DNA of 63,517 nucleotides, counting the filler, from Malassezia furfur (taxonomy: Eukaryota), in assembly GCA_052055015.1 (NCBI GenBank). It is 8 parts of 8 records of this genome, joined end to end, with 100 filler letters (N's around TTAATTAATTAA, not from the genome) between each part and the next. Parts side by side here need not be neighbours in the genome. Positions count along the whole stretch, not along the records: positions 8,054 to 15,972 come from JBQJIT010000479.1; positions 16,073 to 23,949 come from JBQJIT010000480.1; 6 more parts are not named here. One strand, given 5' to 3'. A program made the position numbers and the translations under genes. The notes beneath the pieces were generated by a model. That model searched no databases, was not told where the DNA came from, and saw only the letters and a program-made list of their open reading frames with translations. Positions 12,968 to 24,049 of this stretch are shown piece by piece; positions within the stretch are counted from its first letter, which is position 1; each line of letters starts with the position of its first letter.

Positions 12968-14551
12968 TTACAAGTGGACCGCCGTAGCCCGCGTTCGGCT
13001 CGGCAGGAAGAGCGCCGTGCAGGCACATAGCGCAAACAGTACCATACTCGTCAGGACCGCCAGCTCCACGCGCACCTGGAGCAGCGCACCGGCAAGCATC
13101 GGCGCCACAATCCCGGTGATGCGACCGAGCGCGCTTGCCACGGCACTCGCCGTGCCCCGGATCGACGTCGGGAAGACATCGGGGGTAAAACCGTACAGAA
13201 TCGCATACGCCGTGGTGGCCGACAGCGACACCCCCATGCCGGCCACCACCACAGCCGTCGCGCTCGTTGATGCAAGGAACACGAGCTGCGCAGCGCTCGT
13301 CACCAGCAATGCGAGAGCGAGCGACTTGGCACGGCCCAACTTTGACTCGACGAGCGCCGTACCCAGCAGGCTGCCAGGCACACTACTCACGGCGTACCAC
13401 AGGTAGTCGTACAGGGCATGCACTTCATTCGCATCACCCGCCTGCTGCCCAAGTTTACGCTGCAAGTATAACGGGTAAAAGGCGTTAAACATGGTAAACG
13501 CCAACGACATGAGTGCCCACAGCGTCCAGGTCAGCAGCACCGGCCGCCGGTTCGGCGCCTCGAACAGCGGCTCGCTCCGTTCCGCCAGCTCCGCAACGCG
13601 CTCAGCCAACGCATCAGGCACAAAGCTAAACGACGACGGTGACGGGTCCAGCGACACGCCGCGACCCTCCGATGCACAGTCGTCACCCAGCATCGCGGCG
13701 CGCTCGGGGTCATCGCTGGTCTGCGACGTGGTAGGTTCGGCGTCCATATCGCGCACGTCATCCAGGTTGAGTGTGCGCTGATTTCCATTCGCCGTGCTAA
13801 TCTCTTCGAGCGTTGACCGCGCGTCGTCAAGCTGGTCGGTCGCGACGAGGTACGTCGGACTTTCATGCACGCTCCATGGACCCATGCGTAGGATCGCAAA
13901 AGCGCCCGTCTGGGTGAGTGAATATGCGTACAAGCAATGCAAGGATGCGGATCAGGTGCCGCCATCCCGTATTGGCGTCCGCGTCGGTGCACGGCGCCGT
14001 GCGCGTGCAGCTGTTCCCTGGTAGGACGACCAAGGCCACCGACGCACAGACCACCGAGCCCAGTGAGAAGAACACTGACAGCGCCGTGAGCCAAAAATGC
14101 TTTGACTGCGGGATGGATTCGAGAAAGAGTGTCCCGTCGATCGGCATACTGCCACCCACGCCTGTGCCCACGCCGAAACTCAACAAACACACGAGGCCAA
14201 ACGTCGGCGCAAAGCTTAGCGCGGCGCCCAGCACGGCGGTTACCACGAGCGTACGCAAGAACACGTACAGGCGGCCATACAGATCCGCACACGAGCCCCA
14301 CACGATGCTCCCCAGCGTCATCCCAGCAAATAGCGCCGAAGTTGCAAGGCCGATGGTGCGATCGGCGATCGACCACTCGTACTGGATGCGCGGCAGCGCG
14401 ATAGCAATGCCCTGGATCCACATCTCGGGTCAGATCACACACGTACATTGTCTGCCGCCCACCCTAGCCCACTCAGGGCGAGCAGGCGCCATTGGTACGC
14501 GCCCATGCCCAGTCGCGCCAGGGTCGCCTGGAGCGAGCGCGGGGGACGCAT
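12968..14551 (-). CDS. MFS transporter (SV2/SVOP-like); introns 14424-14446 (23 nt, GAG acceptor), 13910-13931 (22 nt)
   Basis: GMGAYQWRL..GLGWAADN|MW, motif A WGSCADLYGR, GVGGSMPID, HESPTYL, TPDVFPTSIRGTA. Confidence 0.87.
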
Positions 14552-14606
14552 GGTGGGCGGTTGCAGCACGTGACTTTTCCTGTCGCTTCGTTTGCTTCCT
14601 GCGAAG

Positions 14607-15782
14607 ATGAGCCGCATGGAAAGTCTGGCGGCCGTCGCGCGCCCGGAAGAGGTGGTGCATGAGCCGACCGAGGAGGAGCGTGCTGCGATGAATGAGCTGG
14701 ATCGCGAGGCGATGCAGCTCGACTCGGAGGAGATCACAGAGGTGCATATCGATGGCATGGTCCTGATGAAAATCATCAAGCACTGCAAGGACAACCACGC
14801 GAGCAACGGTGCAAACGCCTGGGGTGCGCTCCTGGGTGTCGACGTTGGTGGCACACTTGAGGTCTCGAACGCGTTCGGCCTGCCGAACGTGCGCGAGCGC
14901 AGCGATGAGGAGGAGCGCGGCACCAAGGTCGCGATGCAGTACATGGGCGAGATGCTCCGCTTGCTCCGCCAGGTGAGCGCCGACCAGAATGCGGTCGGAT
15001 TGTACCAGGGATGCTTTTTGGGCCCTTTCTTGAACTCGGCCGTGGTGGACGGGCTGAACACGCTTTCGCTGCTCATGGAACGCGAGGGCAACCAGGGCCG
15101 CGGGAAGGCCGTGCTGCTGGTGCACGACTTTGCGCAGCTCGCGCAAGGAAACACGGTGGTGCGTGCGTTTAAGCTCTCGCCATCGTTTGTGGATGCATAC
15201 CGCAAGGGCAAGATGACGGCGCAGAACCTTGTCGAGCATCACCTGACCTTTTCCAATATCCTTGTCGAGATTCCCGTCGAGCTGCACAACACGGCGCTGC
15301 TAAACGCCTTCCTGACGATGCTTACGACCGAGGCGCCGCAGCCGCAGCGTCTGGTGCCGGAGACGAGCATGGAGCGCCTGCATGCACCGCCGAAAGAGCC
15401 GGTGCCGCCCAGCTACCTCGACCTGAACCTTGCGTTGGAGCCCGTGCTGGTGTCGAGCGGCGAGACGACGCTTGACACGCTCGAGGCGTACGCGGCCGAA
15501 GCGGGTAATGTTGGCTACCAGGCGCGCCAAGTCGCGCGTGAAAAGGGCCGTGCCGAGGCCTACGTGGCCCGCCGCAAGGCCGAGAACGCCTCGCGCGAGG
15601 CCGCGGGCCTTGCGCCGCTCCCGCTGGACGACGTGAGCAAGATGTTCAAGATCCCAGCCGAGCCCAACCGCCTCGACAGCATGCTGCTGCTCAACCAGCT
15701 CAGCGCGGCCTCGGGACGGCTCTCGGAGACCGCCGCGGTCGGTGCCGTGCAGCTTGAGGCGGCGCGGACAAGCACTACATAG
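14607..15782 (+). CDS. EIF3H: Translation initiation factor eIF3 subunit H (MPN domain)
   Basis: VHIDGMVLMKIIKH, GALLGVD..LEVSNAF, MLRLLRQVSADQNAVGLYQ, VRAFKLSPSF, FKIPAEPNRLDSML. Confidence 0.9.
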   Translation: MSRMESLAAVARPEEVVHEPTEEERAAMNELDREAMQLDSEEITEVHIDGMVLMKIIKHCKDNHASNGANAWGALLGVDVGGTLEVSNAFGLPNVRERSDEEERGTKVAMQYMGEMLRLLRQVSADQNAVGLYQGCFLGPFLNSAVVDGLNTLSLLMEREGNQGRGKAVLLVHDFAQLAQGNTVVRAFKLSPSFVDAYRKGKMTAQNLVEHHLTFSNILVEIPVELHNTALLNAFLTMLTTEAPQPQRLVPETSMERLHAPPKEPVPPSYLDLNLALEPVLVSSGETTLDTLEAYAAEAGNVGYQARQVAREKGRAEAYVARRKAENASREAAGLAPLPLDDVSKMFKIPAEPNRLDSMLLLNQLSAASGRLSETAAVGAVQLEAARTSTT

Positions 15783-15807
15783 CGGTAGAAGCAGACGGCG
15801 TCACAGA

Positions 15808-15972
15808 CTACGATTTTTTGAGTGCCTGCATACGCGCCTCGGCCGCACGAGCGCGCTTCTCGCGCTCGATGCGCGCGCGCATAGCATCCGACAGGGTCGC
15901 ATCCGGCGCGCTGCCGACGCCGCCGAGGCGCTGCGCGCCCGCCGGCGTGGAGGCGGTGCGGGCCGCAGCCGG
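15808..15972 (-). CDS. 3' end of a truncated gene ending in a VCP/Cdc48-interacting motif (Vms1/ANKZF1-like C-terminus)
   Basis: Reads ...AQRLGG...MRARIEREKRARAAEARMQALKKS* and fits the VIM consensus R-x5-AA-x2-R. Not in the ORF track. Confidence 0.5.
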   Translation of the reverse strand, partial: PAAARTASTPAGAQRLGGVGSAPDATLSDAMRARIEREKRARAAEARMQALKKS

Positions 15973-16119
15973 NNNNNNNNNNNNNNNNNNNNNNNNNNNN
16001 NNNNNNNNNNNNNNNNTTAATTAATTAANNNNNNNNNNNNNNNNNNNNNNNNNNNNNNNNNNNNNNNNNNNNTAAAAGACAAAAAGGGAAGAGGTATTCG
16101 TCTGTTCTCTTATGTTAAT

Positions 16120-16500
16120 AGATTAGGATTGGATTAGGATTAGAATTGGATTAGGATTAGGATTGGATTATAGTCTAGTATATTGTAGTCTAGTGTTATG
16201 TTATGTTGAGTAGTTATAGTGTTATGTTAATGGATTGGATTATAGTCTAGTATACTGTAGTCTAGTCTAGTCTAATCTAATCTAATCTAGTCTAGTCTAG
16301 TATACTGTAGTATATTGTAGTCTAGTCTACTGTAGTCTAGTATAGTATTGTATTGTATTATGTTGAGTAGTTGTAATGTTATGTTAATGGAATGGATAAT
16401 AGTGTAGTTGTTGAGTAGTGTAGTGTAGTCTAGTATAGTATAGTATAGTATAGTATAGTATAGTATAGTGTTGTCTAGTTGTTGAGTAGTGTAGTATAGT
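16120..16500. repeat. Degenerate 5-6-mer microsatellite field (GATTAG, CTAGT, TAGTA)
   Basis: Directly visible tandem runs, for example (TAGTA)n at about 16431-16467. Confidence 0.85.
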
Positions 16501-16506
16501 TGTATC

Positions 16507-17947
16507 CTTAAAGATAATCAATAACATTAGATTGTCCAATGTAAAGCCAGAAAAAAATATAGGTATTTTTCAAAAACTACATACGGATACTGTTATTCTT
16601 TTTATTCATTCTATTTTATCTTATTTTATCTTATCTTGTTCACCCCTCTACCCTAATACTTTCCTAATACTTTCCTAATACTTTCCTACTATTTACCTAA
16701 TACTTACCCTAAATATCTGTAAAGATATTAAGAGAATGTTCTCTATTTATACTCTCTTTATTCTCATTCTTTCTTTACACATAGTTCTAGTTCATGGTTT
16801 ATATTTCATAGTTTATAGTTGATAGTTGATAAACAGAATAGTTAATATAATTGATAAGGTTAAGGTTATCACAACTGGATATCACAACTGGATATCACAA
16901 CTTAAGAGTAAGAGTAAGAGAAAGAGAATCAATAATATTAGAATAGCCAGCCAATGTAAACCCAGGTTATTGTACCATACAGAACAACTTAAGATAATCA
17001 ATAATATTAGAATAGCCAATGTAAGGGTATTGTACCATACAGAACAACTTAAGAGGACCAATAGTATTGAATTAGCCAATGTAAAGCCAAGATATTGTAT
17101 AGGTATTTTCTCATTATTACATTATGTTCTCCTTTTTATATCTTATTCTTCTCTTATCCTCCCCCTCTACTCTACTTGCACTACCATTCTGATTACCATT
17201 ATTCTTACATTTACATTATCCTTACCATTACCATTCTTATTAGAATTACCATTACCATTATTCTTACCATTACTATTACCATTACCATTCTAATAATTGA
17301 ATATTCTGATCTCTATTTCATTCATATTCTTTAATTCATAAGGTTAAGATTAAGATTAAGATTAAGATTAAGGATTAAGATTAAGGTTAAGGTTTAGGAT
17401 TAATATAAAGATGAGGATAGAATATATAACCAATTACTTACTAAGATGACCAATAGTATTAGGTAAGACAATGTAAAGCCTGTATATTATATAGGTTATT
17501 TTCATTACATTATACTCTTGTTCTTTTTCTCTGTTATTACTTTTATTATCCCTCCACTTGACTACTACATATTCTTATTCTTATTATTCATATTCATATC
17601 AATATTTCATATTATCATTCTTATTATCCATAAAAATATTCTTATTATCATTATTCATATTCTCATTATCAATATTCTAATTCATATCCTTATTATTCAT
17701 ATTTATATTCTCATTCTAATTCTGATTCTGATTCTGATTCTATACAAAATAATATTCTATTTTCATTTATACTAATATTCTGATCTCTATTTGATTCATA
17801 TTCTTTAATTCATTAGATTAAGGATTTTTATTTATATAAAAATGAGGATATACTCAATTACATTCAATTATGATCAATTACTTACTTAGAGGACCAATAA
17901 TAGTAGGTAAGACAATGTAAAGGTACCGGATTATATAGGTTATTTCC
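16507..17947 (+). repeat. Six copies of a conserved ~60-nt block with a CAATGTAA core, partly embedded in a degenerate ~400-450-nt tandem unit
   Basis: CAATGTAA occurs at 16537, 16952, 17017, 17077, 17469 and 17913. A second shared block ATATTCTGATCTCTATTTSATTCATATTCTTTAATTCAT occurs at about 17301 and 17775. Confidence 0.85.
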
Positions 17948-18289
17948 ATTTCATTATTCATGCCCTCTTCTACTTTGTATCCCTTTTCCATATCACTAAT
18001 ATGAATATCACCCATACATCAACATCCATCACCATCCCCAATTATATATTACATAAACCATTTATCATTTCCCTATTCCCCATTTATCATTTATCCTAGA
18101 CCATAAACATAAATAGAAACACTTCATCATCTTCATCATTTACAGAAAGATCATTAACCCATTTATCCTAGATCATAAAGATCATCTTCATCATTTACAT
18201 AATAGAGCATGAGCATAACCCTTGATCATCTTCATCATTTACATAAAGTTAAGAGCATAAGCATAAGCATAACCATAAGAAAGCATAAA

Positions 18290-21100
18290 CAGAAAGAGCA
18301 TAAACATAAACAGAAACATAAATATAAACATAAACATAAACATAAACATAAGACCAGGATTGTATATTTTTACAGAATTTCTAATTCTGTAATTATCGGC
18401 AAGCCAAATGCCAAAGAAGAGATTTAATCTTGAACCTTGAACCTTGAACCTTGGCCTACTATACTGTTCCCTATTTATTCATTCATTCTACTCCTACCAT
18501 ACCATTCTGATTACTATTATTCACCCTACTACTAATAATACTTTTTCCATTATCTTCCCTACTCTTAAACCTCCATTATTCTATTTATTTACCATTTATT
18601 TCATTTACAACCCTCTTGATACCTTTGGTTAACCTAATACTTTATTCTATTCACTCTTATCAATCCCCTTACTACCACCCTACAAATCTTTACCTCTATT
18701 CACCCCTTCGGTACTAGGATTATTATTCTATATACCCTTACCCATCTTACATCCTCTACTCTTTATACTCATTACACTCTCATATCTTTATACTACTCAT
18801 ACCAAGTATTATACCAATACTAATATCTATTAACAATACCAATACCAATCCCTATTCTTACTCTAATCATAATACTAATACTAATTATAATACTAATACT
18901 AATTCTTATCATTATCATAATATTTATATTAATCATTATACTAATCCTTATCCTAATCCATTTTCATTATACCAATATCCTTATCCATTATCCTAATACT
19001 TACACTAATCCATTATCATTATCCATTTTCCATAACCATTATTACATCAATCATTATCTACTATTATAATCATTATCCATTTACCATTACCAATTATAAT
19101 CATTATCCATTTACATAACTAATACTAATATCTAATATTATTATTATTATTATTATCAATATCAATATCAATATCAATATCAATATCTAATATCATGATC
19201 AATATCAATATCAATATCTAATATCATTATTATCAATATCCTTATCTAATATCATTATCAATATCCATTATCCTAATACTTACACTAATCATAATCATTA
19301 TCATTATCATTATCATTATCATTATCATAATCCATTTATATTACACTTACTATTTCGATCTAATAATACTATTAGCATATATAAAATCCTATATACTTAG
19401 ACCATATAATACTCTACTCCTCCCCAGACTGTCCTAACATCGAACCTACCAATCAGGACTATATTAAATAGAATAAACAGACTACCCTACCCCCATCTTA
19501 CCTTCTCTTACCAATTATCAATATATCTAATGAATACATATGGTTAGACAGTATACATTGATAACTATTAATTACATTAACAATATATCATTATCTTTAT
19601 CATCTATTATACTATTGATACTATACATTGATTAGTATATACAATATATCATTATATCATCTATAATAGATACTATCCATATGGTTATGATTACATTAAT
19701 ATAATATGGTTAAAATATGATTAATACTATATTAGTATATTAATATATTAGTATATTAGATATACATATGAGTATCCTAATACTATATCATTATGTAAGA
19801 TATACATATGAGTATCCTAATACTATATCATTATATTAAATATACATATTAGTATCTTATCATAATACTATACGAGTATATTAGATATACATATCATTAT
19901 CATAATAGTATACAGTATAATAGTATACATTATTACTATCTTATTACTATCTTATTAGTATGATTATTATAATACTATACATTATCTTATTACTATCTTA
20001 TTACTATGATTAATATAATACTATACAGTATCATATTAGTATGATTATTATTATTATTATACCATAATCTTATTAGTATGATTATCATAATAGTATACCA
20101 ATATCTTAATATTATATTATTATCTTAATACATATGATTATCATAATAGTATACCAATATATTAATACTATACATATGGTTATATAAATAGTATACATAT
20201 GAGTATCCTAATAGTATACATATGAGTATCATAATAGTATATATATCATAATGGTTATACTAAGGATATCCTAATGGATATCCATATCATAATTTATACT
20301 AAGGATATAATTATATAAATACTAATATGGTTATCCTAATACTATATCCTTATCTTAATACTATACATATCCTTATCTTAATAGTAGTATTATATACTAT
20401 CATAATGGTTATAGATATGGTAATAATAATATTATATTATCTGTATACTATACATATCCTTATCATAATGTATATGATTACTAATATAAATACTATACAG
20501 TATGGTTATCAAAGTAGTAATACTATATGGTTATCAAAGTAGTAATACTATATGGTTATCATTATATTATGTATACTATCTATACATATGGTTATCATAA
20601 TAGTATCTATAGTATGTATAGTATAGTACTATCTATACATATGGATATCATAGATACTGTATATACAGGATAATAATAATACAATAATAATACATTAATA
20701 ATAATAATATAAATAATAGTAGAGGATAATATATGTGCTACTACTATCTGTATTATACATGTATACATAATAATATATATCCTAATATAATATGTATACT
20801 AGGAGTATAGAGGATAATATGTATCCTAATAGTATATCTATCATACAATAATAGAACTATATCTATTATACAATAATACTACTATGATAGTATTATACTA
20901 TGTAGTATAATTATACTATCCTACTATGGATATAGATATGGATATGGATATGGATATGAATATTAGTATATAATAATATCCTACTATTAGTACAACTATG
21001 ATAGTATGATGGTATGGATATGGATATGGATATGGGTATGGATATTCGTATGTAAGTATGGATATGGATATTCGTATGGGTATGGGTATGGGTATACTGG
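18290..21100. repeat. Low-complexity and microsatellite region: (CATAAA)n, (ATATCA)n, (ATCATT)n, degenerate ATACATATG.GTATC.TAATA units, (GATATG)n
   Basis: Directly visible. The short ORFs here are translations of repeats. Confidence 0.8.
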
Positions 21101-21874
21101 TATATGATAATAATAGTATATGCTAATAGTAATCCTTATGTGATATTGGATATGGGAATATAGAAGTATATGTACTACTAGTAAAGTATAGTAGAAGTAA
21201 ATAGTATAAACTACTAGATAAGAAGTAAATGGATATAAAGAAGTAAGTGAAATATCTATAAATAGATATGAATCTAAGTAAGTATAAAGTATACTTCTAC
21301 TACTACAAATAGTAATATATATTATTAAAGATAAGAGTGTAATCAATAAACATCTAAGAAGATAGAGTAATAATAATATAGATAACACATAGAGTACATA
21401 TGAAAGATAATGGTAAAAGGTGTAATGAATGGTCTAAGTAGGATGGATAGGACCAAGGAAATCCACTAATATAAACTATACACAAAGAGTATAATAGGAG
21501 AATAGTTTCTAAAGTGTAATAAATGGAAATAGTATTGGGGGTCAAGGGGAATAATAGAATATTGAATAAACAATATTCCCCAAGGATAGAATAATGTATA
21601 AAGATTATACATTGGAATTCTTTATTTATCCTAGCGAATGAGCTAGTAATATTTCACATAATAATATCAATCGGGGTATATGTAAATCCACGATTGGAGA
21701 AGAGTATACTAAGATTAGATATCTTCTCTGCCTATATATAGTATAGTATAGTATAGTATAATATAGTATAATATAGTATAAAGAATAATATAATAATGAG
21801 GGTAGGTTAGGGAGATTGATGTGTGAAGGATAAATGAAAGAGTAGTAGGATAGGGATGAGTGTTAAAGATAAAG

Positions 21875-22547
21875 CTCTTCTTATATTCTTTTTTGAATAG
21901 AAAAAAGAAAGATAATTACAGAATTATAAATTCTGTAAAAATATAGTAACCTTAGTCTTATCTTTATCTTAATCTTATCTTATCTTATCTTATCTTATCT
22001 TATCTTATCTTATCTTATCTGATCTTACCTTACCTTATCTTAACTAATCTAATCTAATCTAATCTAATCTAATCTAATCTAATCTAATCTAATNNNNNNN
22101 NNNNNNNNNNNNNNNCTAATCTAATCTAATCTAATCTAATCTAATCTAATCTAATCTAATCTAATCTAATGTAATCAAATCAAATGTAATCTAGTCTGGT
22201 GTAGTAGTGGTTTAGTCTGGTTTGTGGTGTAAGAAAGTAAGTAATTCAGATTGAAGATTGTTTAGGGGAATGGAAAGATATAGACCATTTCATAATGAAA
22301 TAGGTAAGTAGATGTATGATCAACCTAACGGTAACCGAAAGGATCGTAATGATGAATGGGATCAAGATGGTAAATAAATAGACTAAATAGATGGGTGGGG
22401 TATGGTTAGTAAAAATGAAATAGATATTGGGAATAAAATAGGGATGGTGAAAGTCCATTAAGGTTCGAATACAAAACTCTTCTTATATTCTTTTTTGAAT
22501 AGAAAAAAGAAAGAGAATTACAGAATTTGTAATTCTGTAAAAATATA
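21875..22547 (+). repeat. Two direct copies (21875-21945, 22477-22547) of a 71-nt double-hairpin element; partial inverted copy at 18363-18397
   Basis: TTCTTTTTT-gaatag-AAAAAAGAA is followed by TTACAGAATT-nnn-AATTCTGTAA. The two full copies differ only in one spacer base and the 3-nt loop. Confidence 0.88.
21970..22170. repeat. (TCTTA)n followed by (CTAAT)n pentanucleotide arrays with an internal assembly gap
   Basis: Perfect tandem runs. The N run at 22094-22115 lies inside the CTAAT array. Confidence 0.92.
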
Positions 22548-22717
22548 ATAGTCTAGGCTTATATTGATTTATTATCAACTACCCTTTCCCTTTTCATAGA
22601 TCTAAATAGATGAATCTAAATAGATGAATCTAAATAGATGAAAGGGGAGACAATATTTTGTCTATAAATAATAATGAATATTCAAGAACATATATTCTTT
22701 TTTTTTAAGTTTAAAAA

Positions 22718-23038
<321 letters not shown>

Positions 23039-23340
23039 TCATTTAGAAATTATGAATTATTCGGCTGTGCCATAGCCTAGCCTATACTCTTTTTTCTATT
23101 GAAAAAGTATGAAAATCATAAATAAAATGATATACTAAATGTAAATGAAATCAGTCTCTCTTTTAAATCTTATCTTTCAATTCTTCTTCATAATACCATT
23201 CTATTCTTAAGAATATTACCGTATTCTTACATTTACTCTTTTTTCTATTGAAAAACTAATAGAACTGGGAATAAAGTAGGTATAGGGGTAATATCGGAAG
23301 ATTTTGTATTTTGTCTAAAAGAATTCTAAATTCTATTAAG

Positions 23341-23423
23341 GTAAGCATGTTGGAATTGGTAGACAAGCTATTCTTAGGAAATAGTAGTGTAAAACTGTAT
23401 GGGTTCAAGTCCCATTGCTTACA
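23341..23423 (+). tRNA. trnL: Mitochondrial tRNA-Leu (anticodon UAG)
   Basis: Acceptor GTAAGCA/TGCTTAC, D-loop GG, anticodon arm CTATT-ctTAGga-AATAG, long variable arm, T arm ATGGG-TTCAAGT-CCCAT. Confidence 0.93.
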
Positions 23424-23475
23424 GAATAATAAATAAAAAATAAGAACTAAGATTAATAGAAGGAGGGGGTATATA

Positions 23476-23548
23476 GCATCTTTAGCTAAATTGGTAAAGC
23501 GCTTAACTTCGGATTAAGTGATTGTGGGTTCGAGTCCTTCAAGGTGCT
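23476..23548 (+). tRNA. trnR: Mitochondrial tRNA-Arg (anticodon UCG)
   Basis: Acceptor GCATCTT/AAGGTGC, D arm GCT..AGC, anticodon arm CTTAA-ctTCGga-TTAAG, T loop TTCGAGT. One T-T mismatch in the T stem. Confidence 0.88.
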
Positions 23549-24049
23549 GTACGAGAACAGTATAGAATAATCTATAAAGAGGGATATATCCTAGGTAGTT
23601 TTGTTATAATAAAGAACTAAGGATAGGGAAATCGAATCCAGTTCCGGAGAAAAAATAGAAAATACCTATATAATTGCCCAGGCTTATCGACTCTTTCTAT
23701 ATTTTATCTTATCTTAATCTTAACTCATCCTCTTCTATTTCTATATCTTTACCACTCCATATTCATACAAAACCTTCATACAAAACCTTCATACAACCAT
23801 TGTATTTTCTATTTTTATACATACTACCCACCCATAAACTATCTTATTATCTTATTATCTAACTATCTTATTATCTTATTATCTTAAGATAGTTAAGAGT
23901 TAAGGACACCTATTCTTAATTCTTTATTTTGAATATTTAATATTCTTCANNNNNNNNNNNNNNNNNNNNNNNNNNNNNNNNNNNNNNNNNNNNTTAATTA
24001 ATTAANNNNNNNNNNNNNNNNNNNNNNNNNNNNNNNNNNNNNNNNNNNN

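Noticed and set aside
16507..17947. CRISPR-like array (repeats separated by variable sequence)
   Set aside because: Repeats are degenerate, spacing is irregular (60-440 nt), the intervening DNA is low-complexity and partly homologous, there are no cas genes, and the context is mitochondrial.
16826..22458. Short Ile/Leu/Tyr-rich ORFs in the mitochondrial non-coding region
   Set aside because: They are translations of microsatellites, mostly with non-ATG starts and no recognisable motifs such as LAGLIDADG or GIY-YIG.
22449..22490. Possible RNase P RNA (GAAAGTCC ... ACAAAACTCTTCTTAT)
   Set aside because: The two motifs are only about 15 nt apart, the 3' half cannot form P4, and it overlaps the repeated double-hairpin element.
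23620..23650. tRNA-like GGATTCGATTTCC on the minus strand
   Set aside because: No acceptor, D or anticodon stems can be built around it.
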